Assembly: GCA_043779525.1 (NCBI GenBank) | Contig: JAYWED010000018.1 | Span: forward strand, 20,867-84,866 | Reading direction: 5' to 3' | DNA: 64,000 nt | Source of the DNA: Candidatus Eiseniibacteriota bacterium | Lineage (GTDB): Bacteria; Eisenbacteria; RBG-16-71-46; SZUA-252 | In this document: positions 30,532-40,093 of the stretch, piece after piece | Numbering within the stretch: position 1 is the stretch's first letter | Layout of the letters: each line of letters begins with the position of its first letter | The notes under the pieces: generated by a model | What the model was told of the DNA's origin: nothing | Databases searched by the model: none | Seen by the model: only the letters and a program-made list of their open reading frames with translations | Made by a program: the position numbers and the translations under genes

Positions 30532-31542
30532 CTAGCGGCCGTGCCGCCGCGAGGCCTTGGCGGGCACGGAGCGTTTTTTCGAAGTGGGACGAACGCCCCG
30601 TTTCGGAGCGGCGCGTCGCTTGGGTTTCGCGTCGCGCTTCATCCGGAGCAGCGTGAGCTTTGATTTTCGCCTGGGCCGGAGCGCTTCCGCGATGAGGCCC
30701 GGGATTTCGGAGGGAGTCTTTGCGACGGGAATGCCGGCGTCCTGGAATCGCGCCATCTTCTCCTGCGCGGTCCCCGACCCTCCCGAGACGATGGCGCCCG
30801 CGTGGCCCATGCGCTTTCCGGGCGGCGCGGTCTGTCCCGCGACGAACGCCACGACGGGCTTTGAGATGGAGCGCTGGATCAGGAGTGCCGCGTCCTCTTC
30901 ATCGCTCCCTCCGATCTCGCCGATGAGCACGATGGCGGAGGTGGCGGGATCCTCCTCGTAGAGCGCGAGCATGTCCGCGAAGCGGGTGCCCACGATCGGA
31001 TCCCCGCCGATTCCGATACAGGTCGACTGTCCCAGCCCGGCGCGCGTCAGCTGCCAGACCACTTCGTAGGTGAGCGTTCCGCTGCGGCTCACGACGCCCA
31101 CCTTGCCGGGTTTCACGATGGAGCCGGGCATGATGCCGACCTTGCTCTGCCCCGGCGAGATGAGGCCGGGGCAGTTGGGGCCGATCAGCCGCGCGTTCCG
31201 GCCCCGCATGTACGCGGAGACCTCGACCATGTCGCGGACCGGGATTCCCTCGCTGATGCAGACCACGAGCGGGAGGCCCGAATCGACCGCCTCGTAGATC
31301 GCGTCCTGCGCGAGCGCGGCGGGAACGTAGATGACCGAGCAGTTGGCGCCCGTCTTCGACACGGCCTCCTCGACCGAATCGAACACCGGCACCGAATGCA
31401 CCTTCTCGCCTCCCTTTCCCGGCGTCACGCCCGCGACCACCTTCGTGCCGTAGTCGAGCATCCCGCGCGTATGGAAGGAGCCGTCGCGCCCGGTGATTCC
31501 TTGAACCACGACGCGGGTCGAGCGCCCGATGAGAACGCTCAT
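30532..31542 (-). CDS. sucD: Succinyl-CoA synthetase alpha subunit with about 45-aa Lys/Arg-rich C-terminal tail
   Basis: [26 protein letters not shown]...; phosphohistidine loop ...[10 protein letters not shown]...; in-frame tail [47 protein letters not shown]. Confidence 0.85.
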   Translation of the reverse strand: MSVLIGRSTRVVVQGITGRDGSFHTRGMLDYGTKVVAGVTPGKGGEKVHSVPVFDSVEEAVSKTGANCSVIYVPAALAQDAIYEAVDSGLPLVVCISEGIPVRDMVEVSAYMRGRNARLIGPNCPGLISPGQSKVGIMPGSIVKPGKVGVVSRSGTLTYEVVWQLTRAGLGQSTCIGIGGDPIVGTRFADMLALYEEDPATSAIVLIGEIGGSDEEDAALLIQRSISKPVVAFVAGQTAPPGKRMGHAGAIVSGGSGTAQEKMARFQDAGIPVAKTPSEIPGLIAEALRPRRKSKLTLLRMKRDAKPKRRAAPKRGVRPTSKKRSVPAKASRRHGR

Positions 31543-32679
31543 GCCGCCTCCGCGGCGCGCGCGATCACCGAGCGGACCGCTTCGTCCATGTCGCTCAGCG
31601 CCATGAGTCCGCGCTGACCCAGGAGCGCCCGCGCTTCCGTCTCGTTCGTCCCGGTGAGACGGATCACGATCGGGATCCGGACGTTCAGGCGGTCAAGCGC
31701 GGTCAGGAGCCCGCGCGCCACATCGTCGCAGCGCGTGATTCCGCCGAAAATGTTGAAGAGCACGGCCTTGACGCGCGCGTCCCGGGTCAGGATGCTCATC
31801 GCCGACTCCACCTTCTCCGGATTGGACGAGCCCCCGATGTCGAGGAAGTTGGCCGGCTTGCCGCCGTGATACTGGATCAGGTCCATGGTGGCCATGGCCA
31901 GGCCCGCCCCGTTCACCACGCAGCCGATCGTGCCGTCCAGCTTCACGTAGGAGAGCGAGCGATCGCGCGCCTCCACCTCGTCCTTGTCCTCGGCCGAGAG
32001 ATCGCGCCACGAGGCCAGATCGGGGTGGCGGTCGAGCGCCGAGTCATCCAGGACGATCTTCGCGTCGAGTGCTTGAACCTCGCCCTTCTTCGTGACGGCG
32101 AGCGGATTGATCTCGGCGAGCGATGCGTCGTGCTCCCGGTACACGCGCGCGAGTTGACGCAGGATCGGCGCGATCTGTTTCTGGATCGCGGGGCTCTTGT
32201 CGAGGAAACGCGCGGCCTCGCGCGCCCGGTACGCCGGAAGCCCTCGCAGGTCCACCGGAACTCTCAGAATTCGATCCGGAGCCGTTCGCGCGACCTCCTC
32301 GATGTCGATCCCGCCCGCGGGGCTCACCATGAGAAGCGGCGTCTCGTTCCTGCGATCCAGCACCATGCCCGCGTAGTACTCGCGGTCGATGTCGGCCGAG
32401 GGGGTGATCAGCACCCGGCTCACCCTAAGGCCGCGGATGTCCATCCCGAGGATGCGCCCGGCCTCGCGCTTCAGTTCTTCGGCGGCGCGCACCACCTTGA
32501 CGCCCCCTGCCTTGCCGCGGCCGCCGATCAGCACCTGAGCCTTCACCACCACGGGGTATCCGAAGCGCTCCGCGGCGGCCACCGCCTCCTCCACGCTCGC
32601 GGCAACGTCGCCCGGGGGCACGGGAATCCCCGCCGCGCGGAAGAGGTCCTTGGATTGGTATTCGTGGAGATTCAATGCT
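31539..32679 (-). CDS. sucC: Succinyl-CoA synthetase beta subunit
   Basis: TTG start (…GAGAGGGAAGCA TTG AAT CTC CAC GAA TAC CAA = [10 protein letters not shown], classic SucC N-terminus) with RBS GAGAGGGAAG. ATP-grasp and ligase-CoA domains follow. Upstream part of the 546-aa ORF is out-of-frame. Confidence 0.85.
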
Positions 32680-34117
32680 TCCCTCTCATGACCCGCGCCG
32701 CTTTTCTCGCCGCCTTCTTCATGCCGCCCGTGGCGGGCGAGGCCGCGTCCCGCCGCGCGCGTTTCTTCGCGCCCGAAGCTTCGAGCAGTCCGAGGCAGTC
32801 CTTGATCAGATCCTCGAGCTTCGGCCGGCCGATCTCTTCCAGCTCGTAGCCGACGCGGACGGCCGGGCGCTTCATGTTCACGAGCTTCCGGAGATCGATG
32901 GGCGTGGCGACCACGATCACGTCGCAAACGCACGCGTTGATGGTCTTCTCCATGTCCCGGATCTGGTCCTTGGAATAGCCCATTGCCGGGAGGAGCGCTC
33001 CGATGGCGGGATACTGCTTGAACGTATCCTTCATTCCGCCCACCAGCCACGGCCTTGGATCCACGATCTCGCTCGCGCCGTGCCGGCGCGCGGCGATGAC
33101 GCCCGCGCCGTACTTCATCTCGCCGTGCGTGAGCGTGGGGCCGTCCTCGATCACGAGCGCCCGCTTGCCCCGGATCCATTCGGGCCGGTCCACCGTGATC
33201 GGCGAGGCGGCGTCCACGATGATCGCGCGGGGATTGAGCTCTTCGATGGAGTGGCGGACCGCCTCGACGTTCTCGTAGTCGGTGGTCGTCTCCTTGTTGA
33301 TCACCACCACGTCCGCGAGCCTCACGTTGGTCTCGCCGGGATGGTACGTGCGCTCGTGGCCCGGACGGTGCGGATCGGCCACGACGATCTGGAGGTCGGG
33401 TTTGAAGAAGGAGAGGTCGTTGTTCCCGCCGTCCCAGACGATGACGTCCGCTTCACCCTCGGCCTTGCTCAGGATCTCGGCGTAATCGACCCCGGCGTAG
33501 ACGATGGTGCCGCGATCCAGGTGCGGCTCGTATTCCTCGCGCTCCTCGATCGTGCACTTGTGGCGGTCCAGGTCGGCGTAGGTCTCGAAGCGCTGCACGC
33601 CCTGCCGGGAGAGCTCCCCGTACGGCATGGGGTGACGGACCGCGACGACGCGCTTGCCCATCGCCTTCAGCACCTCGCACACCTTGCGGGTGGTCTGGCT
33701 CTTGCCCGCGCCGGTGCGCACGGCGTTCACGGCGATGACCGGAGTGCGGCTCCTGAGCTGGGTCGTCTTCGGACCCATGATCGTAAAATCGCATCCGAGG
33801 CTCGCGATCCAGGAAGCCTTGTGCATCACGTACTCGTGGGACACGTCGCTGTACGCGAAGACCACCTCGTCCACCTCGTGCTCCCGGATCAGCTCGGGAA
33901 GCTCCAGCTCGGAGTAGATCGGGATGCCCTTGGGATAGCGCGCGCCGGCCAGAGAGGGCGGATAGCGCCGGTCGTCGATTCCGGGAATCTGCGCCGATGC
34001 CGTGAATGCCACCACCTGGTACTCGCTGCGACGCTTGAAGAACATGTTGAAGTTGTGAAAATCGCGCCCGCCGGCGCCCATGATGACTACTCGTCTCGGC
34101 TTACTCACTCGAGGCAC
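32672..34117 (-). CDS. Two-domain P-loop protein (Rossmann-like N-domain + Walker-A NTPase domain), resembles cyclic 2,3-diphosphoglycerate synthetase-family proteins; basic C-terminal tail
   Basis: 481 aa; N-terminal VVIMGAGGRDFHNFN; internal Walker A AVNAVRTGAGKSQTT; ...VIVWDGGNND...; tail [35 protein letters not shown]. Family assignment is from memory of the domain order, not a search. Confidence 0.4.
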   Translation of the reverse strand: MPRVSKPRRVVIMGAGGRDFHNFNMFFKRRSEYQVVAFTASAQIPGIDDRRYPPSLAGARYPKGIPIYSELELPELIREHEVDEVVFAYSDVSHEYVMHKASWIASLGCDFTIMGPKTTQLRSRTPVIAVNAVRTGAGKSQTTRKVCEVLKAMGKRVVAVRHPMPYGELSRQGVQRFETYADLDRHKCTIEEREEYEPHLDRGTIVYAGVDYAEILSKAEGEADVIVWDGGNNDLSFFKPDLQIVVADPHRPGHERTYHPGETNVRLADVVVINKETTTDYENVEAVRHSIEELNPRAIIVDAASPITVDRPEWIRGKRALVIEDGPTLTHGEMKYGAGVIAARRHGASEIVDPRPWLVGGMKDTFKQYPAIGALLPAMGYSKDQIRDMEKTINACVCDVIVVATPIDLRKLVNMKRPAVRVGYELEEIGRPKLEDLIKDCLGLLEASGAKKRARRDAASPATGGMKKAARKAARVMRGKH

Positions 34118-34367
34118 ACCTCCTTCAGGGGTCTCCGTGCAAGGACCGGCAGGGTCCTGGAAGATGCGCGCGTAGCTTCGAGCCGCTCGCCCGCAATCGA
34201 GCCGCGCCGGTCAGGGTCGCACTAGATGCACTACGTTGAAAGAACGCAACAGGTTAGCGAATACGCAGGGGACCTGTCAAGGGGACGCGGGGGAACGAGG
34301 GCTTCCCTCTCGGTCTCGAAGGCGAAAGATCAGAGCCCTCGAGGGAACTCTCGCTCCCCCGCTCCCA

Positions 34368-34843
34368 TCAACCGATGCTCTGGCGGATTCTCTGGGCGAT
34401 CTGGGAGGAGGAGAAACCGGGCACGAGCGGGATCACCTGGACCCGCCCTCCGGCACGCTCGACCTCGGCCCTTCCGACGACGCTCTCGGGAGTGTAGTCG
34501 CCTCCCTTGACCAGGATGTCGGGAAGTAGCTCCTGGACGATCCGGAGCGGCGTGTCCTCGTCGAAGAGCACGACGTAGTCCACGCTCCCCAGCGCCGCCA
34601 CGACCGTGGCGCGCGCCTGTTCTGCCTGGACCGGACGGCTGGGGCCCTTGATCGCGCGCACCGATCGATCGGTATTGACCCCGACGAGCAGGTAATGGCC
34701 CAGGCTCCGCGCCTGGCGCAGGAACTCGGTGTGGCCGGCGTGGATGAGATCGAAGCAGCCGTTCGTGAACACGAAGCGCCGTCCCATGGCGCGCGCGGCC
34801 TCGCGCCGCCGCTTCGCATCCTCGAGTATCAGGATTTCACCCA
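34368..34843 (-). CDS. hldC: D-glycero-beta-D-manno-heptose 1-phosphate adenylyltransferase (RfaE/HldE domain II, stand-alone)
   Basis: ...RFVFTNGCFDLIHAGHTEFLRQARSLGHYLLVGVNTDRSVRAIKG... cytidylyltransferase fold with HxGH; probable TTG start (LGEILIL) 8 nt after GGAGGA. Confidence 0.7.
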
Positions 34844-35880
34844 ACGGGCAGGTCCTCCAGCGATTCGACGAGCGCCGCGGCGGAAGCCGCGGCGGTTCCC
34901 AGCTCGGCCACGACCAATCCCGCGGCATGGTTGGCGAGCACGCACGCCTCGGGCAGAGGCGCTCGCGCCGCGAGCGCTGCCGCGATGGTCGCGACCACCG
35001 TGTCCCCCGCGCCCGTCACGTCGTAGACGCGGCGCGCCCGGGTGGGAAAGTGGGCGTGTCCCTCCTCCGTGAAGAGCGACATTCCTTCCTCCCCGCGCGT
35101 GATCAGCACCGCTTCCAGATCGAGCTTCTGTCTCAGGCCGAAGCCCGCCTCGATCAGATCCTCCTGGCTCCGGATCCTCCGGCCCCAGGCCTGCGACGCC
35201 TCCGCGAGATTCGGAGTGATCACGGTGACCCCGCGGTACCTCTGGAAGTGCTCCTCCTTGGGATCCACGGCGGCTGGAATCCGCCGGCGCGTAAGCTCGG
35301 GCAGGAGCCGGTCCAGGAGAAGCGGGGATATGACTCCCTTGCCGTAGTCGGAGATCAGGACCGCGTCGGCATCGGGCAGCGCGCGCTCCACGCGCCGCCA
35401 GAGCTCCTCCACGACCTCGCTTGCCAGGGCCTCGCGCGTCTCTTCGTCCGCGCGCAAGACTTGCTGGTGATGGGCGATGATGCGGGTCTTGAGCGTGGTG
35501 CGGCGATCGGTGCCGGGCACGATGCCGAAGTCCGCGTCGACGGCCCTCGCGTGAAGCTCACGCCTCAGGAGCTGGGCCGCGGCGTCGGATCCGACGACCC
35601 CGATCAGGACCGGGGTCGCGCCCAGCGCGGTGACGTTCTGCGCCACGTTGGCGGCGCCGCCCAGGCGCAGCTCCTCGCGGTCCACGTCCACGATCAGGAC
35701 CGGCGCCTCGGGCGAGACGCGGGTCGCGCTCCCCCAGAGATAACGGTCCAGGATCACGTCGCCGATCACGACGACGCGGCGGCCGCGGAAGCTCTGGACG
35801 AGCTTCGTGAGCGCGCCTCGGGTGAAGCGCGGCGTCGCCGGCGACTTGGTCCCGCTCTTGCCCAGGGACCTCAGGCGGTC
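34837..35880 (-). CDS. hldA: D-glycero-beta-D-manno-heptose-7-phosphate kinase (RfaE/HldE domain I, stand-alone); start uncertain
   Basis: ...RGRRVVVIGDVILDRYLWGSATRVSPEAPVL...DVTGAGDTVVATIAAALAARAP... ribokinase/pfkB-like HldE N-domain. No canonical start codon near the expected N-terminus, so the 5' end is approximate. Confidence 0.65.
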   Translation of the reverse strand, partial: DRLRSLGKSGTKSPATPRFTRGALTKLVQSFRGRRVVVIGDVILDRYLWGSATRVSPEAPVLIVDVDREELRLGGAANVAQNVTALGATPVLIGVVGSDAAAQLLRRELHARAVDADFGIVPGTDRRTTLKTRIIAHHQQVLRADEETREALASEVVEELWRRVERALPDADAVLISDYGKGVISPLLLDRLLPELTRRRIPAAVDPKEEHFQRYRGVTVITPNLAEASQAWGRRIRSQEDLIEAGFGLRQKLDLEAVLITRGEEGMSLFTEEGHAHFPTRARRVYDVTGAGDTVVATIAAALAARAPLPEACVLANHAAGLVVAELGTAAASAAALVESLEDLPVG

Positions 35881-36200
35881 TCCTCTCCGGGGCCGGGCTC
35901 CGGGGTCGCCGCCATGTAGTCCGCGATGAGGGCGCGCGCGCGGTCGGCGTCTTTCCCCAGCACCTCGACCCGTCCCCAGTATCCGTGGTGCAGCGATTCC
36001 AGCGTGCTGAACCATGGCATCTGGACCGGCGCCGCCATGGCCTCGATTCCTTGAGCTCTCAGGAAGTCGCAGAGCAGAGTCGCCGTCGGCTCGTCCTGGA
36101 CTTCCCGGACGGAAACCAGCGAGTCCTTGTCCAAGCCCTCCTGCTCCGTTCCCGGGTCGCCCGGCTTCGGCCCTCCGCGCGCTTCGTCCTCGACGCTCAT
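35871..36200 (-). CDS. DUF2007-like small protein (putative signal-transducing protein fold)
   Basis: From ATG 36198-36200: MSVEDEARGGPKPG...SVREVQDEPTATLLCDFLRAQGIEAMAA...; ATGA-coupled to galE upstream. Confidence 0.45.
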   Translation of the reverse strand: MSVEDEARGGPKPGDPGTEQEGLDKDSLVSVREVQDEPTATLLCDFLRAQGIEAMAAPVQMPWFSTLESLHHGYWGRVEVLGKDADRARALIADYMAATPEPGPGEETA

Positions 36201-37180
36201 TCCTTGTATCCCTCCGGGTGGCGCGCGCGCCAATCCCAAGCGGTTTCCAGAATCACGCGGAGATCCGTGAACTGCGGGTTCCAGCCTAGCACGCGCCGCG
36301 CCGCTTCCGAGGAGGCAATGAGCGTGGGAGGATCGCCGGCTCTCCGGGGCGCATCCACCGTGGGCACGGGGCTTCCCGCCACGCATGCGACCGCGGCCAC
36401 CGCCTCCTTCACGGAGACGCCGCGCCCGGAGCCCAGGTTCAGGGCCAGGCTCCGGCCTTTCTCCGCGAGATAGCCGAGCGAGCGCACGTGCGCCTCCGCG
36501 ATATCCACGACGTGCACGTAGTCGCGAACCGCGGTCCCGTCCGGGGTCGGATAGTCGCGCCCGAAGACCGGCACCGGCCCGCGGGCGCCGCGCGCGGCGT
36601 CGATGAGGAGCGGGATCAGATGGGTCTCGTTCCGATGGTCCTCGCCCTTGTCGATGCTCGCCCCCGCCACGTTGAAGTAGCGGAGCGCGATGTAGCGCAG
36701 CTCTTCCTGTTCCGCCCGCTCCGCCAGCATCCGCTCGAACCGGAGCTTCGTCTCGCCGTAGGGGTTCGTGGGCCGGAGCGCCGAGGATTCGGTGAGCGGC
36801 ATCGACGCCTCCGGGTCGTACACGGCGGCCGAGGAGGAGAAGACGATGTCGCGCACCCCGTGCCGGCGCATCGCGTCCAGAAGGAGCGCGCCCTGCTCGA
36901 CGTTCGCGTTCTCGTACAGGCCGGGCTTCTCGACCGACTCCGAGACCAGCGATCTCCCGGCCAGGTGGACCACGCAGTCGATCTCCTTCGTCTCGAACGC
37001 CTCCCGGACCTTCTCCGGATCGCGGAGCGAGCCCTCGATGAGGAGCGACAGCGGGTGGACCGCGTCCCGGTGTCCGGTGGAGAGGTCGTCGAGCACGATC
37101 ACCGAATGCCGCGCGCGGACCAGCTCCTCCACGACGACGCTTCCGACGTAGCCCGCGCCGCCGACCACGAGCGCGTTCAT
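36197..37180 (-). CDS. galE: UDP-glucose 4-epimerase
   Basis: From ATG 37178-37180: MNALVVGGAGYVGSVVVEEL...; YxxxK (YGETK) catalytic motif. Confidence 0.8.
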   Translation of the reverse strand: MNALVVGGAGYVGSVVVEELVRARHSVIVLDDLSTGHRDAVHPLSLLIEGSLRDPEKVREAFETKEIDCVVHLAGRSLVSESVEKPGLYENANVEQGALLLDAMRRHGVRDIVFSSSAAVYDPEASMPLTESSALRPTNPYGETKLRFERMLAERAEQEELRYIALRYFNVAGASIDKGEDHRNETHLIPLLIDAARGARGPVPVFGRDYPTPDGTAVRDYVHVVDIAEAHVRSLGYLAEKGRSLALNLGSGRGVSVKEAVAAVACVAGSPVPTVDAPRRAGDPPTLIASSEAARRVLGWNPQFTDLRVILETAWDWRARHPEGYKE

Positions 37181-37896
37181 CCCGGACCGGCGCTCCGCCT
37201 CAGCGCGTGGAGCGCCTCGGCCGGATCCGGCGCCAGGAAGACCGAGTTTCCCGCGATGAAGGTATCCGCTCCGGCGCGCGCCGCGACCCGCGCGGTCTCG
37301 GGATTGATACCGCCGTCGACGCCGAGCAGACAATCGAGGCGCTCCCGGTCGATCGCCTCACGAACCGCCGCGATGCGATCCGGCGAGCCCTCGAGGAACG
37401 GCTGCCCTCCGCGGCCGGGCTCCACCGTCATCACGAGCGCCACGTCGCAGTCCGCGAGGGCGGGGAGATAGCGCGTGAGGGGCGTCCCCGGCTTGATCGA
37501 GAGCCCCGCGCGGAGTCCGCGCGCGCGGATCTCGCGCAGGGCGCGCGCCGGATCCTCCACCGCCTCGAGGTGCACGATGAGGTGATCCGCCCCGGCGCTC
37601 GCGAAGTCCTCGAGGAATCGCATCGGTTCCGCCACCATGAGATGGACGTCCAGCGGGAGCGAGGTGAGGCGGCGCATCGCCCGGACCAGGATCGGGCCGA
37701 AGGTGAGATTGGGAACAAACCGGCCGTCCATGACGTCCACGTGGAGGAAATCCGCCCCGGCGCGCGCGACGCGCGCTATCTCGTCGCCGAGACGGGAGAA
37801 ATCGGCGGAGAGGATGGACGGGCAGATCCGGTTACGGCGCGGGATCGCCCACTGCCGGGCCTGAGAGGAGGTGGTGGCCTCCTGCCGAACGCTCAC
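37177..37896 (-). CDS. rpe: Ribulose-phosphate 3-epimerase
   Basis: ...ICPSILSADFSRLGDEIARVARAGADFLHVDVMDGRFVPNLTFGP...; GTG start at 37894-37896 overlapping the stop of the PASTA gene (GTGA). Confidence 0.8.
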   Translation of the reverse strand: MSVRQEATTSSQARQWAIPRRNRICPSILSADFSRLGDEIARVARAGADFLHVDVMDGRFVPNLTFGPILVRAMRRLTSLPLDVHLMVAEPMRFLEDFASAGADHLIVHLEAVEDPARALREIRARGLRAGLSIKPGTPLTRYLPALADCDVALVMTVEPGRGGQPFLEGSPDRIAAVREAIDRERLDCLLGVDGGINPETARVAARAGADTFIAGNSVFLAPDPAEALHALRRSAGPG

Positions 37897-38720
37897 GGGT
37901 GCTCGTAGAGCACGATCGAATCACGGGGCGACACGCGGTGCCCCGGCGACGGCTCCTGCGCGGATACCAGACCCGACTTCTGCTTCGGCCCCCCCTCGCG
38001 GACCAGGACCAGGAATCCCTCCTCGCGGAGACTCCGCGACACGTCTTCGACCTGCTTCCCGCCGAGATCGGGGAGAAGGTAGCTCTGCGGCCTGGGGCCC
38101 AGACTCACGAGGAGATTCACGACCGTGCCCTGCTCGACGAGCGTTTCGCCGGGAGGGTCGGAGGCCACCACCAGGTCCTTGCTGGTGTCCTCGGTGTAGA
38201 CCTTCGCGATGCGGCCCGAACGCAGGCCCGCGCCTTCCAGGAGGAGCTGGGCCTGGCGCGCGCTCGAGCCCTCGAGGAGCGGCACGCTGGTGCCCTGCGC
38301 GCCGAGGCTCACGATCACCGAGATCCGGCGCCCGCGCTTGACCACGCCGCCGCCATCCGGATCCTGCGAGATCACGAAGCCGCGCGGCACATCGGGGCTC
38401 CATTGCTCGGAGATCTTGGATAGCTTGAGCCCCTCGGCGGCCAGCGCGCGCTCGGCTTCGTTCTCGCTCTGCCCCGTCACCTCGGGCACCTGAACCTCGG
38501 CACCCTGATGCGTGAAGCTGGGCATGAGGACGAGGTTCATGACGAGGAAGCCTCCGAGAAGCGCCACGGCGGCGAGAGCGAGGGTGCCCGACCAGAAGGA
38601 AAAACGAGGGCCGCGACGGCGCTCGGCGGACGGCGGCGACGATGACGGCTGCGGCGCTGGCGTTGCCGTGGGCGTCTCCTGGACTGGCTCGTCCACCTCC
38701 ACCTCCATGGACCCACTCAC
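37893..38720 (-). CDS. Membrane protein with three extracellular PASTA domains and short cytoplasmic N-terminus (no kinase domain)
   Basis: 275 aa: about 60-aa Pro/Ser-rich N-terminus, TM (FWSGTLALAAVALLGGFLVMNLVL), then three about 65-aa PASTA-like repeats (…VPEVTGQSENEAERALAAEGLKL…; …VPLLEGSSARQAQLLLEGAGLRS…; …LPDLGGKQVEDVSRSLREEGFLV…). Confidence 0.6.
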   Translation of the reverse strand: MSGSMEVEVDEPVQETPTATPAPQPSSSPPSAERRRGPRFSFWSGTLALAAVALLGGFLVMNLVLMPSFTHQGAEVQVPEVTGQSENEAERALAAEGLKLSKISEQWSPDVPRGFVISQDPDGGGVVKRGRRISVIVSLGAQGTSVPLLEGSSARQAQLLLEGAGLRSGRIAKVYTEDTSKDLVVASDPPGETLVEQGTVVNLLVSLGPRPQSYLLPDLGGKQVEDVSRSLREEGFLVLVREGGPKQKSGLVSAQEPSPGHRVSPRDSIVLYEHP

Positions 38721-40093
38721 CGCTTGTGAAACCTGGCAGCGAAGACGCCGTCGGTCCCGTTCCGCTGCGGCGTCGCCTGCCAGTACATGCCGCCCGTGCG
38801 AAACGCGACGGGGAGGCAGCGATCCGCTCCTTGAAGCGTGAATTCCGGATGAGACCTGAGAAAGGATTCCACGACGTCCACGGTCTCCTCAGGCTCCAAA
38901 GAGCAGACACTATACACCATGACGCCGCCGGGCTTGAGGAGCGGCGCGGCGCCATCGAGGAGCTTCGGCTGGAGCGCGGCCATCGCGAGAACGTTCGACA
39001 CTTCCTTGCGCCAGCGAGCGTCCGCGCGGCGCCTCAGCACGCCCAGCCCCGAGCAGGGCGCGTCGACCAGCACGCGGTCGAATCCCTCCCGGAACGGCGG
39101 ATGCGCTCCGTCTCCGCAGACCACGCGAACGTTCGGCAGACGGAGCCGCTCGAGGATGTTCGCGCGGAGCGCCTTGGCGCGGCTTCCGTGCCGCTCGAGC
39201 GCGACCACGCGCCCTTCGGGACCGACCACCTCCGCGATCTGCGCCGTCTTCCCTCCCGGCGCGGCGCAGAGGTCCAGCACCCATTCTCCCGATCGCGGAT
39301 CGAGGATCGAGACGACGGAGGCTTCCGCTTCGTCCTGGAGCGAGATCAGCCCTTCGCGAAACGCCGGAGAGCGGGAGGGAACGAATCCTCCGCCCATGAC
39401 CCACACGGGCCCTCCGTTCCGCGCCGGCTGGGGCGGAAATCCTTCGTCGCGCAGCCTGGCTCTGATCTCGGCCTCATCGGCGCGGGCCAGATTCGGGCGG
39501 ACCGAGACCACCGGCTCCTCGTTGTCCGCCGCCAGCAGCCGTTCCGCCTCCTCCAATCCGAGCCGCGTGGTCCAGCGCTCCACCATCCAGCGCGGATGGG
39601 AATACAGGACTTCCAGATTTCCGACAGGGTCGGAAACCGGATCGGGCAGCGGCGCGCGCTCGCCCGCCGCCAGGCGGCGAAGGATCGCGTTCGCAAGGCC
39701 CGCGGTGCCGGGATGGCCGTACTTCTTCGCAAGCTTCACGCTTTCGTCCACGGCGGCGCGGGCGGGAATCCGGTCCATGAAGAAGATCTGAAACGCGCCG
39801 AGCCTGAGCGTCCCCTTGATCCACGCGGGAAGTCCGCCCCAGTTCTCGCGGGCGAAATAGGCCAGGTGGTGATCCAGCGTGGCGCGGCGGCGCAGCGTGC
39901 CCTGGACCAGGGCCGTCACGAGATGCGCGTCCTCGGCCGAAAGCTCGGAGTCTTGCAAACGGGATTCGAGCAGCCGGTCGGAGAAGGCGCCGCGGCTCTC
40001 GATCGCCGCGAAGATCTGGAGCGCCAGCTCCCGCGCTCCCGGCGGCTGCTTGCCCGCCCAGGGCTTCCGGCGCTTGCCTTTCTGGGCCGTCAT
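38717..40093 (-). CDS. rsmB: 16S rRNA (cytosine967-C5)-methyltransferase RsmB/Sun
   Basis: N-terminal NusB-like domain; SAM-MTase motifs DLCAAPGGKT and DAPCSGLGV...PCS; downstream of fmt as in many bacteria. Confidence 0.85.
   Translation of the reverse strand: MTAQKGKRRKPWAGKQPPGARELALQIFAAIESRGAFSDRLLESRLQDSELSAEDAHLVTALVQGTLRRRATLDHHLAYFARENWGGLPAWIKGTLRLGAFQIFFMDRIPARAAVDESVKLAKKYGHPGTAGLANAILRRLAAGERAPLPDPVSDPVGNLEVLYSHPRWMVERWTTRLGLEEAERLLAADNEEPVVSVRPNLARADEAEIRARLRDEGFPPQPARNGGPVWVMGGGFVPSRSPAFREGLISLQDEAEASVVSILDPRSGEWVLDLCAAPGGKTAQIAEVVGPEGRVVALERHGSRAKALRANILERLRLPNVRVVCGDGAHPPFREGFDRVLVDAPCSGLGVLRRRADARWRKEVSNVLAMAALQPKLLDGAAPLLKPGGVMVYSVCSLEPEETVDVVESFLRSHPEFTLQGADRCLPVAFRTGGMYWQATPQRNGTDGVFAARFHKR

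Noticed and set aside
31539-33179. 546-aa ORF
   Set aside because: sucC plus an out-of-frame upstream extension into the cPGS-like gene; a TTG start with RBS gives a canonical SucC N-terminus.
32675-34225. 516-aa plus-strand ORF
   Set aside because: Antisense to the cPGS-like gene.
34250-34367. GAGGGC...GCCCTC inverted repeat downstream of hldC as a terminator
   Set aside because: No U-tract, and the spacer between the arms is about 32 nt; more likely fortuitous.
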